Positions 13,207 to 26,416 are shown, numbered from the stretch's first letter. The stretch: DNA of 64,000 nucleotides from Paraphysomonas bandaiensis (GCA_965644295.1 CBFFRP010000012.1:50296-114295); one strand, 5' to 3'. Notes: generated from the sequence alone by a model not told the origin. A program made the numbers and translations.

Positions 13207-13695
13207 CCCTCAACAAAGTCGGACTTGCACCTTTTCGTGGTGTTCTGGAGGATAAGTACCAGAGAGCCACAAACATAGTCAGCAGACATTCTTCTGTCCA
13301 CTCATAGCAGAATGCTTGTGTGGTACAAGGGACACCAATAAGTGTCACTTATGTAGACGTCTTTGGGCCCTGACGAATAAACAGGTATCCGGGAATGGGC
13401 CCACCTCAAGGGCGTCCGGGACAGGACCCACCTGAAGGGTAGCCAAGGTATTGGGCTGCCTGCTGAAGTCAAGCATCCGGGATGTTCACCGTAAGAACTC
13501 AGAGCGGAAGTGGTCGCACCTTGGTGCTTGCTGCGGCGACGCACAAGCAGTTCTCGTCGCGTTAAATAGTAGGATAAAAAAAGTGTGTACTGATTAGATA
13601 CAGGTAGAGGTCTAACTAGTTTGTCTAGCATTCATATAGCTACTATAAGTTGGTTCAGGTTTTTAACGCCAATTGCTAATAATAAGACTTTCAAT
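13207..13695 (+). mobile_element. SINE-like element, full length, with a 13-bp target-site duplication
   Basis: acacggaaagcct at 13194-13206 and 13696-13708. Head ccctcaacaaagtc, core, tail aataagactttcaat. The 3' half is nearly identical to 21548-21808. Confidence 0.8.
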
Positions 13696-14734
13696 ACACG
13701 GAAAGCCTAAAATCGTAATTTTCCAACCCTAATGACAATCACCACTGAAAAAGTGATATACAGTGCTGTAGTTTGCTGTTTGTAGACAATTAAAAACTGT
13801 ATTGTATTGAATCATGACCGTTACTTGAAGAATGGAGTAGTGGTTAAGAATATATTGCATGAACCATGAACTAATGACACGATAGGAATTATAATTGTGA
13901 AACTGAAATACTTTGACTGTATAAGGTCATGTCTGTTTAAATCTGATAATATTGAATGGCTGTCGAGAGAACTTAATTGTGGCAAATATCAATAAATGAT
14001 GAGCGGTGTTTCAGGGCCTGGTAGCTGTTAATGGTAGTGCCGTTATAATTTCCAGGAAATTTTTCATTAATGCCATTATATTTGCTGGCAATGATCGCCT
14101 GAAACAAGATATGAAGCGAGGTTACACGACTTGGGTGAATCATATAACCAAGGGCAGTTAGAAATCTGCAACTGGATTCATCCATTGATGTTAGGGCATC
14201 CGACAGTAATCAGGACAAAAGTGAAGGAACTGGTTTTGCACAGGGTGTTCTGGACTGCTCCGAGGTCACCAAGAGAGCTCGGCTTGGTACCTACTATGAG
14301 TTCAACTACCGATGCTTGCTTCACATCGAAGCACAATCTATAGTAATGTTGTTGAGAGGCTCTTTTTAGTCGTGAAAAGTTGATTATATATATTATGACA
14401 CACCTGAGCATAGAAACAAGAATCCATATCGTTTAGAATCGTTGCTATTCCTACGAGCCAATTACATGTTGTGGGATTCTTATAATATCATGAAGCCCCC
14501 AAGGAGATCCTGATGTGCCGGTGGAGAGCGAGATCAAGTAGTTACGATTCATAGTCTGTTATTTAACTAAATCAGTAACCAAGAAGATCCTGATGTGCCA
14601 GTGGAGAGCGAGATCTATTATTTTACTAATTGAATACTATGTGAGTTCAAGTTCAGTTTCTTAATTTATTCTACCATCCAAATGTGTCAAATATTGATAT
14701 ATAGTGAACAGATAATTTATGCCCACTTATAGGC

Positions 14735-15030
14735 AAATGCTTGTGTGGTATCCGGGGTATTGGGCTGCCTGCTGAAGTCAAGAAAAGTCAAGAAGACAAG
14801 AATACGGGCTGTTCACCTTAAGAAGTCAAAAATCTTGAAGTTAGCAGATGTCAGGTATATAAACATACTGCTTACTCACTCACTTCGTTTGCATTGAGTG
14901 ATAGAGCAAAAGTGGTTGCTTGCGGTGACGCACAAGCAGCTTTCGTAGCGTTAAATAGTAGGATATTAGAGTAAAGCACTGACTCTTAAACGCCTACTGA
15001 TAACAATAAGACATTCACTACTACTACTAT
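14735..15030 (+). mobile_element. SINE-like family, 5'-deleted copy with (cta)n tail
   Basis: gtattgggctgcctgctgaagtcaag module, core gcttgcggtgacgcacaagc, tail gacattcactactactact. Confidence 0.65.
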
Positions 15031-15049
15031 CTCTAAGAGAGAAGTCTGG

Positions 15050-15900
15050 TGAAATGGTGTCTTATAGTAAAGTTCTTTGACCTTCCGTCTCATAATTCTC
15101 GGAATATACATCATTAGCGCCAATGAAATCGACAATTGAAGTTTCGACTACCATGGCATTGGTCCATCATATCGCTACCTGGATGTAGCCGTTGAATACT
15201 AAAGATACACGAATACCACGAGCCTTGTAGAAATTCGGCTTACACGATTGAAAACACGTTTATAACTCATACTTTAATCCGTTACGAAAATAGTATCTAC
15301 CTTTCAATAAAAAAACCTGCAAAAATCACATTACCAGATTTCATGATCACACACCAACTTAGAACTATATATGTAAATTTATTATGGGCAATACGAATAT
15401 TTCGATTGTAAAATATGTTCACAGAACTATAATCCAATCTTCGAGCGGCTTGTTAAGACCACTCATATTTAAGTCTACTTCTCCATAAGTTTCTCATCTA
15501 CTTCCATTGCTTCAATTCGAGATCGACAGGAATGTAGGAAACCTTTTCTGTTCCCACCAGTTCGCCGCGCTTGAGCTACTCTGCACAAATCAAGTGAGGT
15601 ATAGGAAAAAACACTGTTCGGCGGGATGAAGTTTTGACAACAACACCTCCAAAGCGTTCGCGTTTCTCACAGATACAGCGTCACCGACATGAACATATGG
15701 GTCAACTATCTATGTTACATTCTCAACTCAATAAGAAAGCTGCTTAATGAGCTTGACATTCTCATTGCTATCCCCAACATGCTCCCTTTGATTATTAGAG
15801 TCATTCGAAATATACGCTTTATAATTATATTTCATTCTCAACTTGACGGGGTGTTGTCTAATCTCTTCCACCTACATGCCCTCAACTACCGCCTCGATTG
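15050..15900 (-). pseudogene. Possible heavily decayed piggyBac-like transposase remnant
   Basis: Frameshifted - strand peptides RRTVFF/YTSLDLCR and FNGYIQ/DMMDQ resemble the piggyBac DNxYTSxxL and YNxxMGGVDxxDQ motifs. No intact ORF or ends found. Confidence 0.3.
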
Positions 15901-17330
15901 AATCTTGGCACTCATCCCAAATCTCTGCTTCTAAATCGGTAGTCATTATTACTCCAGTTCAAAAGATCAGGTTAAAAATCGGCATTGCCTTCTGTACACT
16001 TATTATAATATACCAGTGTACTAACATATTTGTTCCTGTGATCCTCATCACACTGTACAAATAAATGCGTGCTTTTACTGGAGTGTTCTGTGTTCAGGAC
16101 TCGCCCACAAACACATCCCGCAAATGTAGTGCGGAACTCACTTATCCCAAACGCTCAAAGCAGATACAGTACCGGGATATGATACACGTTAGAGTGTTCC
16201 GGATAAATGTATTCCGCACTTTTACCTCACTTGGTCAAAGAGAGAGGAAAAATGTGAGGAGAAGTGTGCGGAATACACACTTTTTGACTGAAAGTGGGTA
16301 TCAAATTTCGCACTTTTAATGCTCAAATGAATAGACATAATGGTGCGTGTTAGAAGTCTACCTGCCAAGAAGTTGTCACTGTACAGACGGCTGCACCGTT
16401 TGACAACAGTAGACAGCATCCAAAACTTTGGTCAAGGTTTTGCATTGGCGGTACCATATGCGAAGCACCATCGATCAAGCACTACTGTGGGATAGAATTG
16501 AGAAAATTTAAGCGATAGAATTGAGAAAATTTAAGCGTTTCTCATTATGCTCTAGCTTTTGTTCCTTGTGTCGCACCTCGATATCAAGTAGAGGCCCCTT
16601 TTTCTCAAGCTCTCCGGAATAATCTAACTCTGATACCACGGACACATTGCGTATCTTTGATCATGTCAAAGATCTGTGTTTTGTCAATACACTGGTCCGA
16701 TGTTGTTGTCTGACTCTTCTGACCACCTCTTGGAATGATCTTAGATAATGGATTTACATCTCTTCTACTGGTATAATTGTTGTGCACATTACGTTGGCAC
16801 CATTTTCTCGATACGATTAAACCACTCACGAAGCTGTCCAGCAGTGAAATTCTCATCTTAACACTCTCTGTGGCGCGCTGAAAGTCAGCTCTGACAACCT
16901 CCCACCTGCTGTCCATAGCTGTCTTCCACATGTATCCCTTGCAATGCAGAACAAGTCCACCCAGATAAGGAACAGAGTGCGCTTTCTCATCTCAGGTAAA
17001 TTGTGACTTATGTGAACAACTTCCACGTTATCATGGGTTGATTGAAGACCCGATGGTCACTTTCACTCCGCCTATACGGTGTACTGTGCTACCATGAGCA
17101 TGTGGAATGATCCTGGCATACGTGGTATACGCTGTACTATATACAATGTACTGTATACAGAGTGTACTCTATACGGCGGTGCTTGCATTCCCCTCCCACA
17201 AGAGGAAATGAAAAAAAATGACATAGCGGCGCAAGTAAGTGAGCTCTCTCTCGGCTACGGTGTGAATATAATATAGAGACACAGTCTAGTCTGCTGCTTC
17301 ATAACTTAATTGAGAATTGCTTTCAAAAGA

Positions 17331-20031
17331 ATGAGTGACAGCGACTCAGATGATTTTGATTTCTCATCCAAGCGAAAACGCGCGGAAGAGAGCGACGATG
17401 AAGAGGAATTCCGCGAAAGCGATTCAGGTGCGTTGTGTGTTAGTGGAGTTAATGTGACTCATGTTGCACACTGCAGGTAGTAGCGAGTCGGATTCCGATA
17501 TGGAAGAAGAGCTTAGGCGCCTTCCAAAGGACCTCTTGAATTTGTCGAAACAAGAGAAGAAAGAGCTGTACAAGTTCAAAAAGACTCACAATGAGGTGTT
17601 TTTAATTCTTGACGTTATGTTACTTCCTATAACGCTAATTCAGATGGAGTATGAGGCAGAAATTATGCGTAGGGTAGATAATATGCAGAACAAGAGAGAT
17701 TTGGAGAGACTGAAGGATATGGCTGCAGGACCTAAAAGAGACGAACCTCCAGCAAAGAAACCCGCTCGTTCCCGGGTTACAAAGGTAAGTGAGGCTCTCA
17801 GAACAGTTTATAGCGTAGTATGTAATATAAGAAATAGGCTTCGTCCACCAAGCAAAAGCATACGGTAATACGAAGTGATGAAGAAGAAGAAGATGATGAA
17901 ATCGAAGAGAGCGAAGAGGAAATGTACTCTTCTTCCGACGATGATTTATTTGACAAAGACGAAATTGAAGAGTACTCAAAAATAACCGAATCATCTTCTG
18001 TTAAACCAATCAGCTCGAAATCGAAGGACAAAGACTCCTCGAAGTTTTCGCGTTTGAAACGAGATAGCACAAGTATTACTGCACGTGCGCCAAGGTCAAC
18101 TCCAAAACGAAAGTCAGGGCTCGATGTATTCCGTGCCAGTAGCGAAGCAGATGACATTGAGGAGGAGAGTGTCTACTCGGATAATGAGGGAGATTCCACG
18201 ATAGAACATAAGGATAAATCTAGATTTAACAAGAAAACTCCACAAAAGGAAGAAGATACGTCACCTTTAGCAACCGTGGAGGACTACCAGCGAATTCAAA
18301 CCCGCCGAATGTGGCTAGAGAAGTGGGTGACGGAGCCATACTTTGATGACGTGGTTAAAGGATCTTTTATACGCCTTTTTGTGGGCATGGTAGACGGGCA
18401 GCAAGTATACCGCATGTGTGAAGTTGTGGAAGTTGTACCTCATAGTCGGCCCTACAAAATGCCAGACACTGGAGTAACTGTGGACCGAGCATTGTTGGTG
18501 GGGGTTGGCAGCAATACGAAAGTTACAAAGATGCATCATGTGTCAAATAGCCGTATTACCGAAAGGGAATTTCAACAGTACGTCACGAATCTCAAGAATT
18601 GCCGACAAGAACATGCCCTATTGCGAAAAAATGTATGTGATGGTTCTGATGACTTACTTGGATATTAACTTTTCGTAAGGCGGTGGATGCAAGGAGGGCG
18701 AGAATCACAGCAACTCTACACCATACATACACACACGAGGAAATTCAGAGTATGGTGGACAAGAATCTAGGTGAGAGCTGATTGTACGGCATTATGATTA
18801 AGTTATATTTGTGTTTCGTCTGTACCTGCAGGAAAAAATAAGGCGCTAACTACCAACTATGCCAACGCCGTTGCTTGTTTGGAGAAAAAGTATGTCAGCT
18901 GTACCAATTGTGATAATGGAATATGGTTTATTGCATATGACATTGTGTATCTGTGCTTTCTTGTATCATATTTGGAACTGTAGACTTGAAAGTGCGCGGA
19001 CGGAACAGGATTTCGATGAGATGGAACGCCTACAGAAAGAAATAGAGAAAATCCAAAGGGACATTAAAATTAGCAAAGTGTGTACTTCTGCAATTCTGTT
19101 TATACGTGGGGTATATATTCCCGTTTGTGATTGTGATACTCTATCACGAGACATTGCCTTAACCTCATTTTGGGATGTCGCAGGATATGTACCAGAAAAA
19201 GTACAGTTCTTATTCAGACCTCAATAGAAGAAACAGGGAAATGAACCTTAAAAAAGATATGGAGGTGGGATTTTGTAGATCTGTCTTTTCATTTAAACGT
19301 TAAGAATAGTATATGTGGAAACTTAGAGTTGTAGATAGTCGGTGGTCGTGTTGTACATGTGTTATTCGCTCATATACATTCTCTTCATCTAGGCGGGGGT
19401 TCGACGCAAGCAACTGGAGGCTTCACAACAAGGTGATAACAAAATGATTGACCCCTTTGCAAGGTGAGTGTTTATTCCGGTAGAAGTTATATATGTGGGT
19501 TGTGTATTGTATTGTAGTAGAGTGTGCAGCAATTAGTTATTTTATTTACTGTTTAATGGATGTCATGTTCCAATGTAGGCGGGACACCCGCCCGAAGATA
19601 CTTTGGGTAACAGGAAAAAAGGACAAGGGAAACGCAGGTACAGGTGGGGAAGAGGAGACGAAAGATCAGCCCGAAGCGGCCCCACCAGTATTGCAAAAAA
19701 TGGATTCTGTAGATGAGGATGATACCAGCTACGCAGATACAGTGGTCGACCCCGAAGAGGTGGGGCGTATTGTTTTTGCCTTACTTTCTCTAATTGTACG
19801 TATAGCTGGGAAGGAAAATTGAGAAAAAGTATGGCTTTAACCCGTGGAAAGCTAAACTTGTAGACAAGAGAGACAAGTATGTCGCTACTATTATTGTATA
19901 TACAGTTCTGAGTAAGCGTTGTATATAGATACTTGGCAGAAGCTTGTGCTGGATTGCATCCTAAGGGTTCTTCTGAACGCGAGGGTCTACGATCAGGCAT
20001 TTCTTTGTTGCAGTATCTCAATGCGGCGTAG
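17331..20031 (+). CDS. RTF1: RTF1, PAF1-complex associated Plus3-domain protein (multi-exon)
   Basis: Acidic N-terminus; Plus3 domain (RIQTRRMWLEKWVTEPYFDDVVKGSFIRL...YRMCEVVEV...VSNSRITEREF); coiled coil; DPFAR/RDTRPKILW across an intron; C-terminal ISLLQYL. About 10 short GT-AG introns. Confidence 0.85.
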
Positions 20032-20589
20032 AGTAGTGGCAGTGGTATTCTGTTGCTATGATGAATCATGACATGATGACCCTTCGAATAGCTGTTGTGG
20101 AAAATGACTATATAACATTCATATCGTGAGATTTTAGCTACATCTTCATCACAGAACAAGCTTATCTCTTATTAACATCTGTTATATTTCTAGGAACCGT
20201 CATTTTCGTTTGCTAGAATTAGACTTAAGTGGGCTATGTTTGTCACATACATATAACTAACCATATTAAGGAGCGCGAATTACATATTTACCCATATTTT
20301 AGAACTTTCGGCTGTGGTTTATGTGTTCAATTAATCAGAAATAATGTACGATATTAGTAAGCTTGAGTGTGTAAGAAGTGGAAATTCACCAAAACTACTT
20401 TCGTCACTGAATACTACCCGAGGAGGTTAAACGTTAAATGTAATATATAATATATTACAGGTCCTGGTAACCATTAATTGTAGTCCAGTTCCCAATGGTT
20501 ACCATATTGAACTACAACCAACTCCTACGTGCGTACTTGAAGTTTGGTAAAGCCAATTGCTAGTAGTTATCCTGTATTCTATGTATATA

Positions 20590-21378
20590 TATTGAATGTC
20601 TGATTATTTAGCAATAGGCGTTGAATGCCTGCACCAATTAGTGGCTAGAAGAATGCTAGTCATACTAGTTAGACTACTACCCGTAACTAATCAATACAAA
20701 CTCTTTTATCCTACTATTTAACGCTACAGAAGCTGCTTGTGCGTCGCCGCAAGCACCAAGGTGCAACCACTTCCGTTCTTAGTGTGTGTTATGAGGCTCG
20801 CCATGATCGTGTGTCCTGGGACTCACCGGCGCGTGTGATCTGGAGGTCTCCTCTTGGGATGAGACTCCACTCGCTATATGATAGATAGCCTTATGTACCT
20901 CACGGGGACTGACTTATTAGCCTTATGGCAGTTAGGGGAAACAGTAATATGCCCTTCTGAGATTGGCGATCTGGTGGCCTTCCTTTAGGCATTGTTCCAA
21001 GTGGCTCGGAGGTATGTGGATGAAGGTCTTGCAAAAGGTTATGGCCTACTGTGAAGAAGCGTCGAAATCGGCTCTTTTGCTGTCTTAGCCAGCGGTAGAG
21101 AACACATGCAAGAGGGTGTATAGCTGTACAGGGGTGGGATGTGAGGGTCATCCGGTGTGTCCAGCTACAGGGAGTCGAGAGGGAGTGTGATGGTGCAAGA
21201 GAGGCAACATCTGATTGAGGAGAGTGAGACTGCGCAACAGAACTAGGTCTGCCAAGGTCGGGTACTCTGATAGACCTATGCACGAGATGATGATGATGAT
21301 GGTCTGGAGGAGACACTCGGACGTCCTCAGCTGCCCTTGTTAGTGTCTGTGTTGGTGCAGGGGGGTACAGACTGAGGC
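20590..21378 (-). mobile_element. 3' fragment of a non-LTR (LINE-like) element, chimeric
   Basis: Homologous to 505-1290 with the same 5' boundary (gcctcag). ORF 20900..21316 contains KGRPPD, then the copy switches to the subfamily seen at 28540-28640 before the core and tail. Confidence 0.65.
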
Positions 21379-21547
21379 ATAGAGTATGTGTGTAAGGAAG
21401 ATGACGGCAAGGTATCAGAGACGAAGGGAGAGGCGATAGTTTGTCTACCCATAACTAATCAGTACAAATTCTAATCAGGACAGAGAATGATATCTTTCAG
21501 ATAGACATTAAATTATACTTGTAGCTTGTAGTAGCGCAGTATTGACT

Positions 21548-21861
21548 ACTGAAGGGTAACCAAGGTATTGGGCTGCCTGCTGAAGTCAAGCATCCGGGAT
21601 GTTCACCGTAAGAACTCAGAGCGGAAGTGGTCGCACCTTGGTGCTTGCGGCGACGCACAAGCAGTTCTCGTCGCGTTAAATAGTAGGATAAAAAAAGTGT
21701 GTACTGATTAGTTACAGGTAAAGGTCTAACTAGTTTGTCTAGCATTCATATAGCTACTAAGTTGGTTCAGGTTTTTAACGCCAACTGCTAATAATAAGAC
21801 TCTCAATAAGCTAAGCACTAAGTCTTAAACGCCTATTGCTAATAAGAAAACATTCACTACT
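21548..21861 (+). mobile_element. SINE-like family 3' half, followed by a second tail
   Basis: 21548-21808 is almost identical to about 13432-13695; 21811-21861 is the alternative ...cattcactact tail. Confidence 0.75.
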
Positions 21862-22466
21862 AGGTACGTAGTATAAAAACATAGCAACCATACAATCAAT
21901 GTATATTGACAACTTGTGTAAACTCGTTATATTTTGACGCCGCTATGTGTACACTGTACACGTATCACTTAGCATTTTCCTGCTTATTTATTTTTTCTGC
22001 GTGGCAAACCAAACAATTGCAAGGATAAAATCAATGAATATTATTATCTAATAAAACAGCTATTTATTTTCTGGTATCAACTATATGATAGCCAAAACAT
22101 ATTATTCCAGAGATACGGGGAAATTATAACTTGAAATCACCGCACTATAGAAAAGCAATATAGAGAAATGCCACAACAAAAAAGGGCATGAAAGCAATAT
22201 AAGTATACAATTCAAAGATACAAAAAAACAATACACATATAGAAACGCGCCTCTAGTAACCCGCGGTATTTGATAACATCAGCAACAGAAATGAAAAAAA
22301 AAGAAAACAAAGTAAAACTAATCACACAAGTAAACATTACGTCCAGTCGAATTAGACCTGCGCAATATGTAGTATATCGGCAGGTAATAGACAACATAAA
22401 AACAAACTAATTACGCAAAATTGGCATATGAAAGAAGTTGACGAGAGGATCCTGTTACAAAAGGAG

Positions 22467-23087
22467 TTAGGATATATCCTCAAAAGAATCGATAAAGTTA
22501 TCGCTCCAAATCACATCCGAGATATCGCCAGGACAAAAGCAATCTAACCCCTCCAAGAGTAATTCATCAGCAACACAATCCATTTGGTTGGTGTCAGTAG
22601 AGCATTTCTTAGAATAAGAAGTGCAACTCTCGTCAATCACATGGAAATTGCTTGGAGTATGAGGTGAGGGTCTATGAACGGACATATTTGCTTCGACGAA
22701 TGCACGGATATCTGTAAATGATATTGCTGTTGAAGGAAGACTTTTTACGAGCACACTACTAATGAAGGATGCAACTTGTTGCACATAAGCGATATCGCCT
22801 AGTGTCTCAGACAAATCCTGAACAGGAGCAAAGCCTTGAGACTCCTCACCCAATTCTAGCTCTGACTCATAATCAGTTGAGCCAGATACCACTGAATCTG
22901 TGAAGCTCATAGCACGCCGAACCTTTTTATCGGGAATAAAAGAACTCCCTTCATACATAGATGCTGTTGGCCAGCATAATTCACTGTCCTCTTCATCACA
23001 CAGCCGATTGAAGCATTTGAACTTAGGCACTGTGGTAGAGGATTCAACGGCTTCTTCATCCAACATACTTTGACAACTTCTCTTCAT
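22467..23087 (-). CDS. Hypothetical acidic, Ser-rich protein
   Basis: 206-aa ATG-initiated ORF with coding-like composition in AT-rich surroundings; no motif recognised. Confidence 0.55.
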   Translation of the reverse strand: MKRSCQSMLDEEAVESSTTVPKFKCFNRLCDEEDSELCWPTASMYEGSSFIPDKKVRRAMSFTDSVVSGSTDYESELELGEESQGFAPVQDLSETLGDIAYVQQVASFISSVLVKSLPSTAISFTDIRAFVEANMSVHRPSPHTPSNFHVIDESCTSYSKKCSTDTNQMDCVADELLLEGLDCFCPGDISDVIWSDNFIDSFEDIS

Positions 23088-24312
23088 GATGAGGGTAAGG
23101 CTTTAATACGGCGATATGATAGGATACGTCTCGAGGCAATATGCTCCTGTCTTAAATAATGCGATATGCATATAATTATGGCGCACTGCAGTTGCATGTG
23201 GTGATGCTTGCAGAAAAAGATCTCTGCTTGTGATCGTACTTGAAATAGATGGAAATGAAACGTACGACATGCACATTGATCACAAAACAGTGAAATACGA
23301 TAAATAATACTGCGATAATACCATGAAATACCGTAGTCCGTAGGGTTAATAAAGCAAGACCTCTGACATCAATCAAGTGAAATCGATGCAGAATTCCTCA
23401 TGATTCTTACGTACCTCATGATTCGTAGTACCTCAAGAAGTGTATAAAGACATTCACTGTTATGAGAGTATTTAAAAATATTGACATGTGTTGGAAATAC
23501 TAAGTACTGGGGCTCTCCTGACTGGTAGTAGGTAGTAGGTAGTGACTCAATTTCCATATAAACATACTGATCTCCCTTTTTCCTTACATAAAAACTCATA
23601 TGTGTTGGTGAAAATACTCCGTTATCAAACAAACGGAGAGTGACTTTACCATTATACCAATTACTTATTTATTCTGCTTGACTTCGTGCTGGCAATGAAA
23701 TGCGGTGCCAATCGAAACTGTATCTTAATATTCCTCGTTAGATCCAGCAATCCGACTAGAACTTGATAAGACAAGTGCTCGACCTTGCTATAAATTGTAA
23801 TTAGGAGTAGTACTTTTAAAGGCTGAATGTTGTATACGTTTCACAAGTGAGTAATTCTGTTTCCTTACAATCGTAGCTGGTGCTGCGGAAAATGTCTTCA
23901 TTCTTCCGAGTTCGTACGCACCCTAGCATAGTGGCTGTATTGATATATTGACTAAGTATTTCTTCTATCGTTAGTAACATCCCGGCACATGTTAAATGAT
24001 CTACGCAATGATTGCGTGACCCATACATGATTACGAAAAGCTCTACGCATACTGAGGGAGAGGGGGCACAATCCAGGGCTTTGCTAGGTCTACACAGTAC
24101 ATACATGGGACATACAATATTGCGGCGGTAAAGTGGGTATAATGAAATCTGATCGCGTTCAATATGGCAGCCAAGAAGAGTGACTTCGCAGAATCTGAGC
24201 AGTATGTGCGTTGCTTACCAAATGTACTAACCGGTATATACTATGGACTATGGACACACTGTTCGAATAGGGCAACGTGTACTGTATACCTTATCTTTCA
24301 AGTCAATCAATC

Positions 24313-25161
24313 ATTATCCCCATTTTGTCTCAAAAAATGCTTTTTTTTGACCTGATTTGGGCTCAACAGGGCGCTCATATCAGCACCGGGCAAATATAGA
24401 CATTCAACTTCAATATTCGGTTGAACAGAAGCTCACTTCTATCTTCATTATGATAATGACAGTCGAATGTACGTGATTTTATTATAGTACACAATTATAG
24501 AGAAACCACAATCATGAGCCAAATATCAAGAGCAGATCATTTAACACTCCAGGTTATATTCCATCCTTCGACTGCTGTATAAGATCACAACGATGTCAGT
24601 GCAAGTGATCTGTCTTCATATCCAGGACTTCGAAACAACTTCAAGAATATTACAGGAGAGTTTAAGTACCATATCTGATGCTATATAGGTGGTTAGGAGC
24701 AGTGGCACCCAGTTCTTTCAGGGTTGGAGCCATATCATGCTTCTCAGGATGTTGTGTGTCTCATATCATACACACATCCTTCGATAAGGTGCACTTGCAG
24801 AGGTAAAGCCTGCTGTATATAAATGTGATGATGATGCTAATAAAGGCAATAAGAAGCCTCTCTGTCATCTTCAACTGTTTACATTTATCATCACACTTAC
24901 AGTATACATATCATTCATTTGAAACTATATGAGTTCTCATTTGTGTTATTAATTATTTCTTAATACAGCAAGCATGCTACAAATAGCTATACAATCTAAT
25001 ATTAACTTTTCAACGTCATGAGGATAAGCTACAATTTAACCTAGGGATAAGGAGTATCGTCCCTTGTCTAAATTTTAAAACTCGGGCTTTTCGCCCTCGT
25101 TTCAAAATTTGAGCGCGGGACGATATAGCCTCCTTATTGCCCGTGGTTAAATATAACTATA
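24313..25161 (+). mobile_element. Family B element, uninterrupted copy
   Basis: Collinear with 189-504 plus 1291-1843; ends aaaactcgggcttttcgccctcgttt...gtggttaaatataactata. Confidence 0.65.
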
Positions 25162-25985
25162 AGCTCTCTGTAGGTTTTATTCGTGCTAGTGGATCCGTTT
25201 AGTAAAGTGATGCTGGTGTCCACTATAGTGTGTATGTGTGTATATGATGAACAACAAACCTTAAATGCTGTTTATTGATATTGCTACGTTTATCCGCAGT
25301 TCGTGGTTTACTAAACATTAAACACGCGTATTGTATAACATAACAAGTAGTAGCAAGTAGTCATGCGACCTCAATGACAAAAAGTAAAAATGGAATATAT
25401 ACCTGTATTTAGCCGCTGAGTGTTGTCTAATTGACAATGTCAATATATATTGCAATAGTATTGCTGGACCGGTTTGAAAAGTACTGGAAGCTGGTATAAT
25501 TGCGATATATTTTTCTCTAGCAGCCCTGACGACGACATACTCTAAGTTGTTATGTTATTGCTAGAGTTGTAAAGCGTACTGGTCAAAATCACTGTTTTCA
25601 TCTCAACCCTCTCCCATAATTGCATGCTGCCGAACTATAACAGTGCACACGTAATCCATATTATATTTCTGAAAGTACTATTATTAGACGGCCACGTGTT
25701 GTGTCTTTTCTTCACTCTTCCTTCAAACACAAACGCCTACGAACTCGACATCACCTCCGTTACAATTTTCGGTGTATTCAAGTGATCTTGCTTACATTGC
25801 TAAACCAAGAATAAACCACTTGTGTTTTAGAAAAGAAATTATAAGAGACTAAGTTATATCAACAAATAATATTGTGCATTGTTGGAAGACATACATGACT
25901 ACAATAGTGTAGTGCTGAGAGGGACATTGTGTGCAGAGTAACTGAAAATTAAGATATGCAAAGTATACAGCGTCCACGGAAAGAT

Positions 25986-26001
25986 GGTGTTCAGAAACAC
26001 C
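25986..26001 (-). promoter_or_regulatory. Histone mRNA 3' stem-loop of H2A
   Basis: GGTGTT-TCTG-AACACC on -, 6-bp stem and 4-nt loop, 34 nt after the stop codon. Confidence 0.85.
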
Positions 26002-26035
26002 AGTTAATAAAATGCATTGAAAAATATTCACACAT

Positions 26036-26416
26036 TTAAGCCTTGGCCTGAGACTTCTTTGGGAGGAGTACATTGTGGATGTTGGGGAGGACACCACCCT
26101 GAGAGATGGTGACGCCGCCCAAAAGTTTATTGAGCTCCTCGTCATTGCGAACAGCCAGCTGAATGTGGCGAGGGATGATGCGAGTCTTCTTGTTGTCCCT
26201 GGCAGCGTTACCAGCAAGCTCAAGAATCTCAGCAGTGAGGTACTCAAGCACAGAGGCAAGGTAGACGGGAGCACCAGCACCAACTCTGGGAGCGTATCGA
26301 CCCTTCTTCAGGTATCTGCCGATACGGCCAACTGGGAACTGAAGACCAGCTTTGGCTGATGAAGATGTGGATTTCTTGCCGGCACCACGGCCAGATTTAC
26401 CAGTCTTTGCGGGCAT
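26036..26416 (-). CDS. H2A: Histone H2A
   Basis: [46 protein letters not shown]; intronless; no C-terminal SQ(E/D)-aromatic motif. Confidence 0.98.
   Translation of the reverse strand: MPAKTGKSGRGAGKKSTSSSAKAGLQFPVGRIGRYLKKGRYAPRVGAGAPVYLASVLEYLTAEILELAGNAARDNKKTRIIPRHIQLAVRNDEELNKLLGGVTISQGGVLPNIHNVLLPKKSQAKA

Noticed and set aside
13365-13390. ctgacga in the SINE as a hammerhead core
   Set aside because: Other copies read ttgacga/ttgatga and there is no stem II followed by GAAA.
13302-13631. Near-identical ORFs 13302..13631 and 21497..21745 as a duplicated gene
   Set aside because: Antisense reading of the SINE-like repeat; not conserved in other copies.
14499-14615. Direct repeat of about 37 bp (also a 23-bp tandem duplication near 16491-16536)
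   Set aside because: Simple local duplications with no further structure.
16605-16931. ORF with faint class I methyltransferase-like wording (IFDMIKDT, then GLYLIS after a frameshift)
   Set aside because: No SAM-binding motif I and a frameshift is required; too weak to call.
25440-25530. caatatatattgcaatagtattg...ccctg segment
   Set aside because: Probably a one-ended remnant related to the hAT MITE at 27633-27980; no second TIR or TSD found.
26036-26060. H2A C-terminal SQ as H2A.X
   Set aside because: Ends KKSQAKA, lacking the terminal SQ(E/D)-hydrophobic motif.
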